Shown in pieces: positions 8,310 through 17,647 of a stretch of 64,000 bases of DNA. The notes beneath the pieces are model-generated. The model did not search any database and was not told where the DNA came from. It worked only from the letters and a program-made list of their open reading frames with translations. Made by a program: the position numbers and the translations under genes. The stretch lies in NCBI GenBank assembly GCA_035498405.1, contig DATKAE010000084.1, positions 90,544 through 154,543 on the forward strand, given 5' to 3'. The stretch comes from Thermoanaerobaculia bacterium. Its GTDB lineage: Bacteria; Acidobacteriota; Thermoanaerobaculia; UBA5066; Gp7-AA6. The first letter of the stretch is position 1. The number at the start of each line of letters is the position of its first letter.

Positions 8310-11300
8310 ATGTACGAACTCCTCGATCTTCTGGGGCGGCTGCCGCGCCCGCTCAAGTACCTCGGCACGATCCTCCTGCTCATCCCGGTGGTCTACGTGA
8401 TCTCGCGTTGGTTGGGCGTCGAGAAGTACTGGTGGGTGTTCGTTCTCGGGATGCTCGTCATCGCCCTGGCGCTCGCTCTCTTCAACATGGCGCTGCGGGC
8501 GAGGGAGAAGCGGCAGGCGAGCGCATTCGAAGGAGAGCTGCGGCGCGACTCCCAAAAAGCGGGCGCCTCCAAGGAGGAGGTCCGTCAGGCCTTAGGCGAT
8601 CTGGCGGCCAAGTGGTCCGAGTCGGTCAACCAGCTGAAGCAGTCGGGCCTCTCCGTCTACTCACTGCCCTGGTACCTCCTGATCGGCGAGCCTCAGTCAG
8701 GAAAGTCGACCACCCTCAAGAACTCGGGACTGGAGTTCCCCGTCGGGACCGAAGGGCTATCCGGCGCTGGGGGCACGCGAAACTGCGACTGGTGGTTCGC
8801 CAACGAGGCGGTGATCCTCGACACGGCCGGCCGATTCACCTTTCAGGAGGAGGCCGCACCGGACCAGCAGGAGTGGAGCTCCTTCCTGAAGCTGCTGCGC
8901 CGATACCGGAAATACTGCCCCGTCAACGGCGTCATCGTCGTCATCCCGTGCACGTCGTTGCTCGAGGACCCGCCCGAGGAGCAGGAGCGAAAGGCCGCCA
9001 ACATCCGAGCCAAGCTCCTACACGTTCAGCGCGTCCTGCAGATCCGGTTTCCGGTCTTCATCATGGTGACGAAAGCCGACCGGATTCTCGGCTTCGCCGA
9101 GTTCTTCCTGAAGCTCGACCCCGTCGATCAGCAGCAGCTCTTCGGCTGGTCGAGTCCCGAGGGGCCGGGGAAGGCCTGGGATCCGGAAAGCTTCGACGGA
9201 GTCTACGACGCCATCGTGGAGCGGCTCTACAAGCTTCGCCTGAAGCTGCTCGGCGACGAAGAGAATCCCGCCCAGGCCGACAAGCTCTACGTCTTCCCCG
9301 AGGAGTTCCGTGCCATGCGGACTCCGCTCAAGGGGTACTTGAAGACGATCTTTCAGCAGACGCGCTTCGACGAGCCGTTCGCCTTCCGCGGCTTCTACGT
9401 CTCGAGCGGCGTGCAGCAGGGCCGCCCCATCGCTCAGGCGACACGGGACCTGCTCGAGGCTCCGGGAGGCGCGGCCGAGGGCGCCATCGAGAGCCTCGAG
9501 AGTATTTTCAAGAAGTCTCGGGCCTTCTTCATCCGTCACTTCTACGAAAAGAAGGTCTTTCCCGAGCAGGGTCTGATCACCCGAACGGCAGCAGCCGAGG
9601 TTCAGCAGCGGCGCACCCTTTGGCTGGTTCGCGGACTGGGTGTCCTGGTCCTGCTCCTGTTCCTGGGCGGCATGATCCCCGCTTACAACTCCCTTCAGAA
9701 GGTCTTGAATCCCATCCGGCGAGACGTGAAGACGGCACAGGAGTGCGCGCTGAAAGGCTGCACGGTCTCTCGCTCCTGGGAAGTCGCGAGGGGCCTCCAG
9801 GAGGATCGCGACCGAGTGCTGGCGCGCCGCTGGGTCTTCGCACTGTTCCTACGGGGCACCCGGTCCAACGAGCTGACCGACACGCTCGCCCGAATCCAGC
9901 AGAAGGTGTACCTCGGAGGCGTCGTCGCGCCGCTACTGGCCGAGACCGAGGGCCGGATGGCCGCTCTCGACTGGGAGACCTTCGGCGACTACCAGTCTTT
10001 CCGTGCGGCGCTCTCGGCCGAGCTCGACTGGGTGGCGTTCAAGAAGCCGCCCGAGACACCGATCGTGCGGGCCGAGGAGCTGCGCGCCTTGCCGCTAGTC
10101 GACTTCGTTCGCAAGACCAAGGGAATGAAGGGAAGCGAGAAGTCCGCGGAGATCGACGAATGGGTGAGCAAGCTGCCGGCGGCGGACCCGGCGCCCGACC
10201 ACGTCCTCGAGGGCTCCCGGCTGCATTCCCCACTCGCGATCGCGGTCCCCGACCCCGCCGGCGCGCTCGCCAAGTACGAGGAATTTTGGTCGGTCGGCAA
10301 CCTCGCCCGATGGGACGCGAAGCTGCAGGATGGTCTGGCGCGGTATGTGGCGCTCTACCAACAGATGACCTCGGTGCCGAAGACGGCGCCGCCGGCTTAT
10401 CTCGGCCAGGTGGCTGATCCCGGGAAGAAGTTCAAGGAGAACTTCGAGCGGCTCACACGGCACATGGGAACGCCGCGTCCGGGGGAGAAGGGGTTTCCCG
10501 GCGCCACTCTGGATCAGTGGAAGAAGTACTTGAACGAAGACTACGCGGCGCTGATCAAGTGGAATCCCATTGCCCCGGGTTGGATCTCCGAGTCTCGTCA
10601 CAACGCGCTCCTCGCGCGGCTCGACACGGACCACCAGACTCTGCGGACTCGAGAATCCGAGCTCGCGTACCTGATCGAAAAGGATCCGACCGGCAAGGTG
10701 AAGTGGTCGAAGCCGGCTGAGTCGCTGGGCGGCGTCTTGAACGATCTCGCGGGCTTCACCGACCTGACGGCCTACGCCGCCTCCGAGGACGGCCGCCTGC
10801 TCGAGACATTGCGAGCCGAGCCCTCCTGGACGGAGAAGCCCAAGAAGATCGACGCTTGGCGGATGCGTCAAGACTCGCTCGCCAAGGCGATTCTGACGAA
10901 GTCCTCGGACCTCTCGACAGCGAGTCCCGATCCGCGCTTCCAGTGGGCCGATCGCCGTCCCATCGTTGATCAGACGACACAGCTCGCTCTGGTCTGGCGA
11001 ACCCTCTCGGTCGCGCAGCCCTTCTTCGAGGAATCTCTGGTCACGCAATGTCCCGCCGGCAACTGCTTCCAGCCGGCCTTCGCGCGGGCGATGATCCCCT
11101 CGGCGAGCGCGATCGTCTCGGCGGCCTCGGCGCAGCTCGTGGCCCTTCGCTCCTTCGAGGGGGCCGCTCCGGCGGTGACCGCGCTGGCGGACACCGAGGC
11201 GACGTACCTCCGGCGATACATCGATCAGATGTCGGGCCATGCCGGGGGCGGCGGCTTTGCGTTCCCCGACGCGGCGGCCGGTGCGGGAACCTGGCCCGCA

Positions 11301-12521
11301 TTTCAGAGGGCGATCTCCTCCTGGCAACCATCGGGAGGAGGAGCATCGGCCGCGCCGGACGCGTCGGGACAACTCACGAGCGCGGACCTCGAGCAGTTCG
11401 CCGCCGCCAATCAGTATCTCGCCCCGGTGCTCGAGGAGTACCGCCGCCGCATCGAGCGGCCCCGACTGGCGGCGGCAGCCGAGAAGGCCGCGCCGGAGTT
11501 GATCGCTGCGGCCGAGTCGTTTCGCGGAGCCGTGACCGGAGTCTCGGATCAGCCGCTCAAGGCCTGGAGACAACTCTCGACGGGAGAGGGGGGTCAGTCG
11601 CTCAAGCAGTACAAGGCCTTCTCGGACAATCCCCGGCTGCGCAGCGACCCGACGGCGCTGCGCCTCAAGCGTTCGGTCGAAGACCACGGCGCGCATCTGC
11701 TGCGGGACGCCATTCGTCCACAGTTCGCTCCCAGGGCCGCGGAGGCCTACGGGCGAATCAGCGGATGCTGCCTCGGAAAGTTCCCGTTGATCAACGAGAT
11801 GCAGTTGCAAACCGAAAGGGCGCAGCTCGCCTCGGGCCAGGGATATTCCCGGGGCGGTCCGGCCGGGGCCGCGGTCTATCGCATCGAAGTACCGACGATC
11901 GGTCTCTCAGACCTTTCCGGACCCCTCTCGGAGTTCGGCGCGATCGCCTCCGAGTTCGCGATCGATCCCATCCTCCGCGGCGAGGCGAACGAGTTCGATT
12001 TCGTGGGGGCCGAGCGGCCCGTTCTGGCGGTTGCCCGCGCCTGGCAGCTCTTCATCTACGGCGTCAACGCACCGCCCGGCGCGACGGCCAAGCCGCACGC
12101 GATCGAAGTCCGGTCGATCGAGCGCACACCCTCGGCCGGCACGATCTTCCTCGGAGATCGGGTGGGCCAGGTGACTCTCTTCGATCGCGCGACGATCCTG
12201 CGTCCCTCGACCGACGTCAAGTCAGGGCGTACGCCGCCGCCTTACGTCTGGCGTCTCTCCTCGGCGGACTCGCCGCTCGAGATCATCGGCCGCAATGAGG
12301 ACGTGAAGGGCGGATGGACCGGGTCGCTGGTCATCGGGGGCGGCCCGTTGAAGCTGTTCGGCTACGTTCTCAGGGCGAGCGAGGACCGCCGGCCGGGCGC
12401 CGATCCTCGGGTCTGGGACATTCGAGTCGAGATTCCCGACGCTGAGAGACCGAGCAGTCGACTTCAGGGAGTCTTCGAGTTGAAGCTCGACGATCCGCTG
12501 CCCGGTGTGATCCCGCGATAG
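8310..12521 (+). CDS. tssM: T6SS membrane-complex subunit TssM (IcmF family)
   Basis: 1403 aa. N-terminal TM helices and Walker A GEPQSGKST. Follows tssL by 1 nt. Confidence 0.9.
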   Translation: MYELLDLLGRLPRPLKYLGTILLLIPVVYVISRWLGVEKYWWVFVLGMLVIALALALFNMALRAREKRQASAFEGELRRDSQKAGASKEEVRQALGDLAAKWSESVNQLKQSGLSVYSLPWYLLIGEPQSGKSTTLKNSGLEFPVGTEGLSGAGGTRNCDWWFANEAVILDTAGRFTFQEEAAPDQQEWSSFLKLLRRYRKYCPVNGVIVVIPCTSLLEDPPEEQERKAANIRAKLLHVQRVLQIRFPVFIMVTKADRILGFAEFFLKLDPVDQQQLFGWSSPEGPGKAWDPESFDGVYDAIVERLYKLRLKLLGDEENPAQADKLYVFPEEFRAMRTPLKGYLKTIFQQTRFDEPFAFRGFYVSSGVQQGRPIAQATRDLLEAPGGAAEGAIESLESIFKKSRAFFIRHFYEKKVFPEQGLITRTAAAEVQQRRTLWLVRGLGVLVLLLFLGGMIPAYNSLQKVLNPIRRDVKTAQECALKGCTVSRSWEVARGLQEDRDRVLARRWVFALFLRGTRSNELTDTLARIQQKVYLGGVVAPLLAETEGRMAALDWETFGDYQSFRAALSAELDWVAFKKPPETPIVRAEELRALPLVDFVRKTKGMKGSEKSAEIDEWVSKLPAADPAPDHVLEGSRLHSPLAIAVPDPAGALAKYEEFWSVGNLARWDAKLQDGLARYVALYQQMTSVPKTAPPAYLGQVADPGKKFKENFERLTRHMGTPRPGEKGFPGATLDQWKKYLNEDYAALIKWNPIAPGWISESRHNALLARLDTDHQTLRTRESELAYLIEKDPTGKVKWSKPAESLGGVLNDLAGFTDLTAYAASEDGRLLETLRAEPSWTEKPKKIDAWRMRQDSLAKAILTKSSDLSTASPDPRFQWADRRPIVDQTTQLALVWRTLSVAQPFFEESLVTQCPAGNCFQPAFARAMIPSASAIVSAASAQLVALRSFEGAAPAVTALADTEATYLRRYIDQMSGHAGGGGFAFPDAAAGAGTWPAFQRAISSWQPSGGGASAAPDASGQLTSADLEQFAAANQYLAPVLEEYRRRIERPRLAAAAEKAAPELIAAAESFRGAVTGVSDQPLKAWRQLSTGEGGQSLKQYKAFSDNPRLRSDPTALRLKRSVEDHGAHLLRDAIRPQFAPRAAEAYGRISGCCLGKFPLINEMQLQTERAQLASGQGYSRGGPAGAAVYRIEVPTIGLSDLSGPLSEFGAIASEFAIDPILRGEANEFDFVGAERPVLAVARAWQLFIYGVNAPPGATAKPHAIEVRSIERTPSAGTIFLGDRVGQVTLFDRATILRPSTDVKSGRTPPPYVWRLSSADSPLEIIGRNEDVKGGWTGSLVIGGGPLKLFGYVLRASEDRRPGADPRVWDIRVEIPDAERPSSRLQGVFELKLDDPLPGVIPR

Positions 12522-12528
12522 TGCGACG

Positions 12529-13542
12529 ATGGAGGACACGTCGGCGCGCCGGCCCGGGTTCCTGTCGCGGCTGAAAGACGGCTTGCGCGGCGCCCCCCGG
12601 GGCGAGGAGCCGGTGCCGACGGTTCGTGTCGCGCTGAACGCGTACGGGAAGCTGCCGATCTACAAGGACTTCATTTCGGCAGGTCTGACCGAGCCCGGAG
12701 CCCGCGAATTTCGCAACTGGATCGACCGGGGGTTCTCTCACCGGTGGTCGACCGATGAGGCGTACAGGGACATCGAAATCCCAAGGCACCTCTTTCTCCT
12801 GCGCCTTCCCGAGTCCGGCGTCTTCGTCATCGGGTGCCTGTGGGGGAGCCAGGACGAGGGAGGGCTGCGCCGATTTCCGTTCACCCTGTTCGCTACCATT
12901 CCCGGCGGTCATCGCGCCGCGGATCCTCTGACCGCGACCGAAAGCCTCGAAGCGATGAACCGCCAGGCGGACGCCGTCGGCAAGGACTTCGGGCCAGGCG
13001 GCTCGCTTGCGGGCTTCTACCGGGCATACCGCGGAGCGGAGCTCGACCTTCCCGTCAAGCCGCCCAAGCGAATTCGACGGGAGGCGCAGGGCGAGCTCGA
13101 GCGAGTCACGATCTCGTCCTTTGCTCACGTGCTCTATGGCGATGAGGCACCTGTCGAGTGGCCGGCCCTACTGGCGCGCCTCACGTCCTTCGCACGGGAG
13201 CCCCGAGAGGACGGTGTTCGCGCGGTGCGCTTGCCGCTTTCGGGGGCTCTGACGCGGGCGCGTGAAATGCAGTTCTGGCTGCTCTGGCTCGATGCGCGAG
13301 GGCCGCGCCACGAGGTTTCGGGGCTGCTGTACGCGCCGGGGAGCTCGCCCGCCCGCGTGGCGCTTCTCCAGCGCGACCTACGTCCGGAGGACTTCTTTCT
13401 ACTCCACCCGGCCCGGTTCGAGTATCCGTTCGCCGCGGACTTCTCGGCCCGACCCGCTCCTGCGCAGGAAGCTCCTGCACCTCAGGCGGCCTCCGTCCCG
13501 GCGGGGTGGGACCGGCCGCTCTCCTCGCTGCTCGAGACGTGA
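12529..13542 (+). CDS. tagF: T6SS accessory protein TagF (DUF2094)
   Basis: 337 aa. N-terminal YGKLPIYKDFIS matches the TagF GKLPxxGDF motif. Placed directly after tssM. Confidence 0.8.
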   Translation: MEDTSARRPGFLSRLKDGLRGAPRGEEPVPTVRVALNAYGKLPIYKDFISAGLTEPGAREFRNWIDRGFSHRWSTDEAYRDIEIPRHLFLLRLPESGVFVIGCLWGSQDEGGLRRFPFTLFATIPGGHRAADPLTATESLEAMNRQADAVGKDFGPGGSLAGFYRAYRGAELDLPVKPPKRIRREAQGELERVTISSFAHVLYGDEAPVEWPALLARLTSFAREPREDGVRAVRLPLSGALTRAREMQFWLLWLDARGPRHEVSGLLYAPGSSPARVALLQRDLRPEDFFLLHPARFEYPFAADFSARPAPAQEAPAPQAASVPAGWDRPLSSLLET

Positions 13543-13603
13543 GCCGCTGACCGGCTAGAATGAAGGCATCTCCACCGATTCGCTCGTTGTCGGGAGGGGC
13601 GCG

Positions 13604-13807
13604 ATGAACCCGAGGCATCCACAGGACTACCAGCTTCATGGGACGCTCACGATCGAGGCGGACCTGGCCCTGCGGGAGCTCGCACCGTTCGTCAACGACT
13701 ACGTCTTGAAGCGGGCCGACGAGCTGGCCAAGTACGGCGAGATCTTGCGCGAGCACATCGAGCAGGCCGTCCGCGAAGAGAAAGCCTCGGGCCGGCTGAG
13801 GCCTTAG
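13604..13807 (+). CDS. small hypothetical protein (67 aa)
   Basis: GGGAGG RBS about 6 nt upstream of the ATG. No recognisable motif. Confidence 0.3.
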   Translation: MNPRHPQDYQLHGTLTIEADLALRELAPFVNDYVLKRADELAKYGEILREHIEQAVREEKASGRLRP

Positions 13808-13819
13808 CCTGGGCCCCGC

Positions 13820-14581
13820 TCAGCTCGAGGCCGAGGACTCGAGCGCCGCGAGCAGCTTGTCTCGGAGCGGATCCTGGAGCCCGCGAACGGCGGCGACGTC
13901 CACGACCTCCTCGAAGGCGTCCGAGCCGGAGACCTCCGTCGACTCGATGATTGTCTCGTCCGGCGGCCGCAGGGTCGGAACGGCGGCCGAGATGACGGAA
14001 ACCGGCAGGTTCCCTAGGTCGGGGAAGTGATGGGTGGAGACCGGGAATCGGAGCGCCTCGAAGAGCGCGGCGACCCCCTTCTGCTGGAAGGCGACGTGCA
14101 GGACCACGTGATGGAGCACTTGCTCCAGGATCGTCGCTCCGGAGGTGTCGCCGGCCGCGAGAGCCTCGCGCAGGTGGTCGGTGCCGAAGCCCGAGTACGA
14201 AAGCACCCACCGGAGCGGAGAAGTCACGGTGATGTTCTTGCTCGCCTTGCGTCCCTTCGCGGCGTGGGAGTATTCGAACGGGGCGAACTCGAGGGCATGG
14301 CTGTCCACGGGAAGAGGCGGCTTCAAGTCCCGGGGCAGGCTGAAAGGCTTGGAGCCGGCGACCCCCTCGTAGGCGTTCAAGAGCTCCTTGAAGACGCGAT
14401 CCGCTCCTCGGACGGGCTCCTTGCCGGCGCCCTGAACGTAGTGGCCGAGCAGCGTCCGGGGCTGAAAAAGGGGCATGAGCGTAGACAGGCACTGCTTGAG
14501 ATCGCCCCTCATCAACTCGGCGATGTTTCGCGTAACCTTCCGAAGCTCTATGAGTTTCTGGGTATTCACGACCTCAGCCAT
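13820..14581 (-). CDS. hypothetical protein embedded in the T6SS cluster on the opposite strand
   Basis: 253-aa ORF with balanced composition and a purine-rich RBS (GAAGGGGG) upstream of the ATG. No signal peptide or TM helix. No family recognised. Confidence 0.5.
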   Translation of the reverse strand: MAEVVNTQKLIELRKVTRNIAELMRGDLKQCLSTLMPLFQPRTLLGHYVQGAGKEPVRGADRVFKELLNAYEGVAGSKPFSLPRDLKPPLPVDSHALEFAPFEYSHAAKGRKASKNITVTSPLRWVLSYSGFGTDHLREALAAGDTSGATILEQVLHHVVLHVAFQQKGVAALFEALRFPVSTHHFPDLGNLPVSVISAAVPTLRPPDETIIESTEVSGSDAFEEVVDVAAVRGLQDPLRDKLLAALESSASS

Positions 14582-14805
14582 GCCGGGCCCCCTTCCCGCC
14601 GACCGTCGGCCATAGGGATTCTGACATCACTCTACCAGCAGTGTGGAGCGGGTGCTGGCCTAGCCGAGATTAGGGGAACTTGACGGGGCGGCCTCGATAT
14701 ACTCCGGAATAACCGAAATGACCTAAGGAGGACGATGTGCGAACCGAAACCTATGCCAAACAAGATTGGGAAGAACTCGAGGAACCCGGCGAGTCGGAGG
14801 CCGTG

Positions 14806-15294
14806 ATGGGCTTCGACGCGTTCCTGAAGATCGAAGGGGTCGACGGCGAGAGCCAGGACGACAAGCACAAGAACGAGATCGAGGTTCTTCGCTGGAGCGG
14901 AAGGGTGGAGCAGCAGGGAAGCGCGCAGACGGGCGGAGGCATGGGATCCGGGAAGTCCTACCATCACGAATTCAAGATCGTCAAGACGGTCGACAAGGCC
15001 ACGCCCAAGCTGTTCGAGAGATGCTGCACCGGAGAACACTTCGACAAAGCGGTGCTGGTGGTCCGCAAGGCTGGAGGGGAACAGAGGGAGTTCCTGAAGT
15101 TCACGCTGTCGGATGTCTTGATCTCCTCGAATCGTCCGTTCCACGAACCCGACCCGAAGTCAGGACTGCCGAGGGAGGGAGTCGGCTTGAGCTACGGGAA
15201 GATCGAGATGGAATACATGCCGCAGACGAGCAAGGGCACTCTGGCCGGCACGATCAAGGCCGGCTGGAATGTGAAGGAGAACAAGCTCGTCTAG
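14806..15294 (+). CDS. hcp: T6SS tube protein Hcp (TssD), paralog 1
   Basis: MGFDAFLKIEGVDGESQDDKHKNEIEVLRWS is a classic Hcp N-terminus. ATG at 14806 preceded by GGAGG. The ORF-track GTG at 14737 adds an unlikely 23-aa extension. Confidence 0.9.
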   Translation: MGFDAFLKIEGVDGESQDDKHKNEIEVLRWSGRVEQQGSAQTGGGMGSGKSYHHEFKIVKTVDKATPKLFERCCTGEHFDKAVLVVRKAGGEQREFLKFTLSDVLISSNRPFHEPDPKSGLPREGVGLSYGKIEMEYMPQTSKGTLAGTIKAGWNVKENKLV

Positions 15295-15324
15295 TCGATC
15301 GATCGGAAACAGAAGGAGGTTGAC

Positions 15325-15855
15325 GTGGCTTTTGACAGTTTTCTGAAACTGGACAATATCGAAGGCGAGAGCATGGACTCCAAGCACAAGAATGAGATCG
15401 AAGTCTTGAGCTTCGGGATCGCAGCGACCGCGCCGGGAGATAAGGAACATGGTCCCGTCGGAGTTACAAACCCTGCAAGCCAGGACACAGGGGGAGGCGG
15501 AGGGTCGACGGTCAGCCAGCACGGGGACCTGATGGTTACAAAGGTGGTGGACAAGTCCACTCCCAAGCTCTTCGAAGCCTGCGCAGCCGGAATTCACATC
15601 CCAAAGGCGGTGCTGACATTTCGCAAGGCCGGCAAAGACCAGCAGGACTTCTTTGTTCGTACCTTTTCCGATGTCTTCATCTCGAGTATCCAGTATGGGC
15701 AGGGGGCCGATAAGTTTGGGACGAACCTTCCGGTCGAGCAGGTTCAGTTCAACTATGGGAAGGCGGAGATCGAGTACAAAGAACAGAAGTCGGATGGAAC
15801 GCTTGGCGGTTCGACAAAAGCGGGGTGGAACGTAAAGGCGAGGAAGAAGACCTAG
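15325..15855 (+). CDS. hcp: T6SS tube protein Hcp (TssD), paralog 2
   Basis: MAFDSFLKLDNIEGESMDSKHKNEIEVLSF...DKSTPKLFEACAAG. GTG start 5 nt after AAGGAGG. Confidence 0.9.
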   Translation: MAFDSFLKLDNIEGESMDSKHKNEIEVLSFGIAATAPGDKEHGPVGVTNPASQDTGGGGGSTVSQHGDLMVTKVVDKSTPKLFEACAAGIHIPKAVLTFRKAGKDQQDFFVRTFSDVFISSIQYGQGADKFGTNLPVEQVQFNYGKAEIEYKEQKSDGTLGGSTKAGWNVKARKKT

Positions 15856-16016
15856 GCGGCGCTGTGGCCGAGTCCCCCCGAGACGGTTCGCGGAGCACGG
15901 TGCGGACCGGCGTGCCCTAGTTTTGCGTTTCGACAAGGAGCGCGAGAATGGGTACGTTCGCTCCAGGAGATGGCAATGCCCCGCCAGGGGGGTGGTCGAG
16001 ACGTTGAGGAGAGCCG

Positions 16017-16487
16017 ATGGTTGTTAACGACATCCATCTTGACCTGAAGGGGTACAAGGGCGAGTCGAAGGACGCCAAGTACACAAACACGATTCAGGTC
16101 GAGAACTTTAGCTTCGGAGTCCGCTCGCCGTACGATGTAGCGACCGGGTTGTCGGCCGGGAAACGTCATTGGGACACCCTGACTATTGTCAAACGAACGG
16201 ACTCCGCCACGCCCCTCTTGATCAAGGCCCTGACCGAGAACGCACTGGTCTCCAAAGGTACGCTCACCGCCCGCAAGGCGGGAGGAGGTCAGCAGGACTA
16301 TTTCACGGTGGATCTGGAGAATGTCCGGGTGGTTTCATTTTCAATCAGTTCTCCGGACTCCGAGCTGCCCAAAGAGACCGTGCAGTTGTCATTCAGCAAG
16401 ATCACCGTTACCTACCAGGAGCAGACTCCGTCCGGTCCCACCGGCGGGCCGATCACGACCGTCGATGACCTGACCTCGCAAAAATGA
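16017..16487 (+). CDS. hcp: divergent Hcp-family protein, paralog 3
   Basis: DLKGYKGESKDAKYTNTIQVENFSFGV...TDSATPLLIKAL...ARKAGGGQQDYF follows the Hcp pattern but is much more diverged. GAGGAG RBS. Confidence 0.75.
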   Translation: MVVNDIHLDLKGYKGESKDAKYTNTIQVENFSFGVRSPYDVATGLSAGKRHWDTLTIVKRTDSATPLLIKALTENALVSKGTLTARKAGGGQQDYFTVDLENVRVVSFSISSPDSELPKETVQLSFSKITVTYQEQTPSGPTGGPITTVDDLTSQK

Positions 16488-16542
16488 GAAGCGGACCGGT
16501 CGGGGGGCCCTACTGGCCTGCACGCCCAAACACCAGAAGGGG

Positions 16543-17358
16543 TCAGCTCGGCGTCGCCTCCCCAGAATTGGCTCCAAACTCGATCTTGCGGAGTTCGAGC
16601 ACCGGCTCGTCGCTGTCGTCCACGAGAAAGAGGCGCTGTCCAACGCCCGCGTAGAGTCCCTCCCCGATCTCCTTCCAGTCCGTCATCCTGCCAAGTCGAG
16701 CGCTGTCGTTCTCGCCCTGGCTCGTGCCGGCGTAAAGGGCGGGGACGAAGACCTCGCCGATCGTTCCGTCCAGGGCCTCGATCCGCGTCGGGATCCAGAG
16801 CAAGTCGCGAAGCTTCGAAGGCGGGCGCATTTCGATGCTCCGGATCTGCTCGAAGGGGAGCCACGCGTACTTGTCCTTGACAATCAGCTCGAGCATGCCG
16901 CCGATCGCGTCGTCGTAGTCCCGAAAGTCGAGGAAGGCTTTTCCGTTCCACGTTCCGGCGACGGAGGGCCGCTCATCCTCGGCCCGATCGAAGAGCTCCC
17001 GCGCTGCGGCCGCGTCGCCCGACGCGAGCTTTCGGATTCCCTCGACCTGCATGTCCGCGTAAGCGGGCGGCTCATTCAAGAAGTGAGGTGCCGCACCCTC
17101 GCGGTAGAGCTTGACACGTTGCTTCTCGGCGGCCACGTTCGACTTGTAGACTTGTACCGCTAGGGAAGCCTGTGCGCTCTCGGAACCGAGCACGTCGATC
17201 TGCTTCTCGGCGCGGTCCCACTGTCCCGCAAAGCAGAGAAGCTCGAACAGGAAGATGCGCCGAGTGACGTCGGCAGGGTTGGCCTTGACCTCCTGTGTCA
17301 GAGCTTCGATGGCGGTGTCGAGGCGGCCCGCGTCCAGTAGCTCCTTCGGGGTCGGCAT
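16543..17358 (-). CDS. tagJ: T6SS accessory protein TagJ (ImpE/SciE family)
   Basis: TPR-like N-terminus LLDAGRLDTAIEALTQEVKANPADVTRRIFLFELLCFAGQWDRAEKQ is typical of ImpE. ATG at 17358 lies 5 nt after GGAGG; the ORF track extends to a GTG at 17364. Confidence 0.8.
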   Translation of the reverse strand: MPTPKELLDAGRLDTAIEALTQEVKANPADVTRRIFLFELLCFAGQWDRAEKQIDVLGSESAQASLAVQVYKSNVAAEKQRVKLYREGAAPHFLNEPPAYADMQVEGIRKLASGDAAAARELFDRAEDERPSVAGTWNGKAFLDFRDYDDAIGGMLELIVKDKYAWLPFEQIRSIEMRPPSKLRDLLWIPTRIEALDGTIGEVFVPALYAGTSQGENDSARLGRMTDWKEIGEGLYAGVGQRLFLVDDSDEPVLELRKIEFGANSGEATPS

Positions 17359-17438
17359 GTCCACCTCCGGTTGGGCTCAGTCTAACCGTGCTTCAGAGTT
17401 GCGCCCCCTTCTCGGGCTGTCAGGCGGCGAGGCCGGCC

Positions 17439-17467
17439 TTGACTCTTCAGATTCAGATAGTTATCCT
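17439..17467 (+). promoter_or_regulatory. candidate sigma-70-type promoter for tssA-tssBC
   Basis: TTGACT (17439..17444), 17-nt spacer, TATCCT (17462..17467). Sits in an unusually AT-rich patch of the tagJ/tssA divergent intergenic region. Confidence 0.25.
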
Positions 17468-17647
17468 CATCACATCTCCGGAGGAGAGCGAGACGATCAA
17501 CCTCTCGGTCCAAGGCACCGCCGATCAGTCCGCCATCAGTCGCCGCCGGACCGCGGGTCGGTTGAGCGACTCCGGGAGCGTGCTCGCTCCGTCCACACGC
17601 CAGGCAAATGGTAAAGTGCTCCGAGTTTTGCCGACAATGGAGCCCCG

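Noticed and set aside
14680-14715. TTGACG ... TATACT upstream of hcp1 as a sigma-70 promoter.
   Set aside because: The spacer between the two hexamers is only 12 nt, and no better -35 lies at 16-18 nt. It could still matter for an alternative sigma factor, but the sequence alone does not support it.
15880-15935. A GGCGTGCCCTAGTTTTGC sequence upstream of hcp3 resembling a sigma-54 -24/-12 promoter.
   Set aside because: The spacing between the GG and GC dinucleotides is too long by about 3 nt, and the -24 box is GGCGTG rather than TGGCAC.
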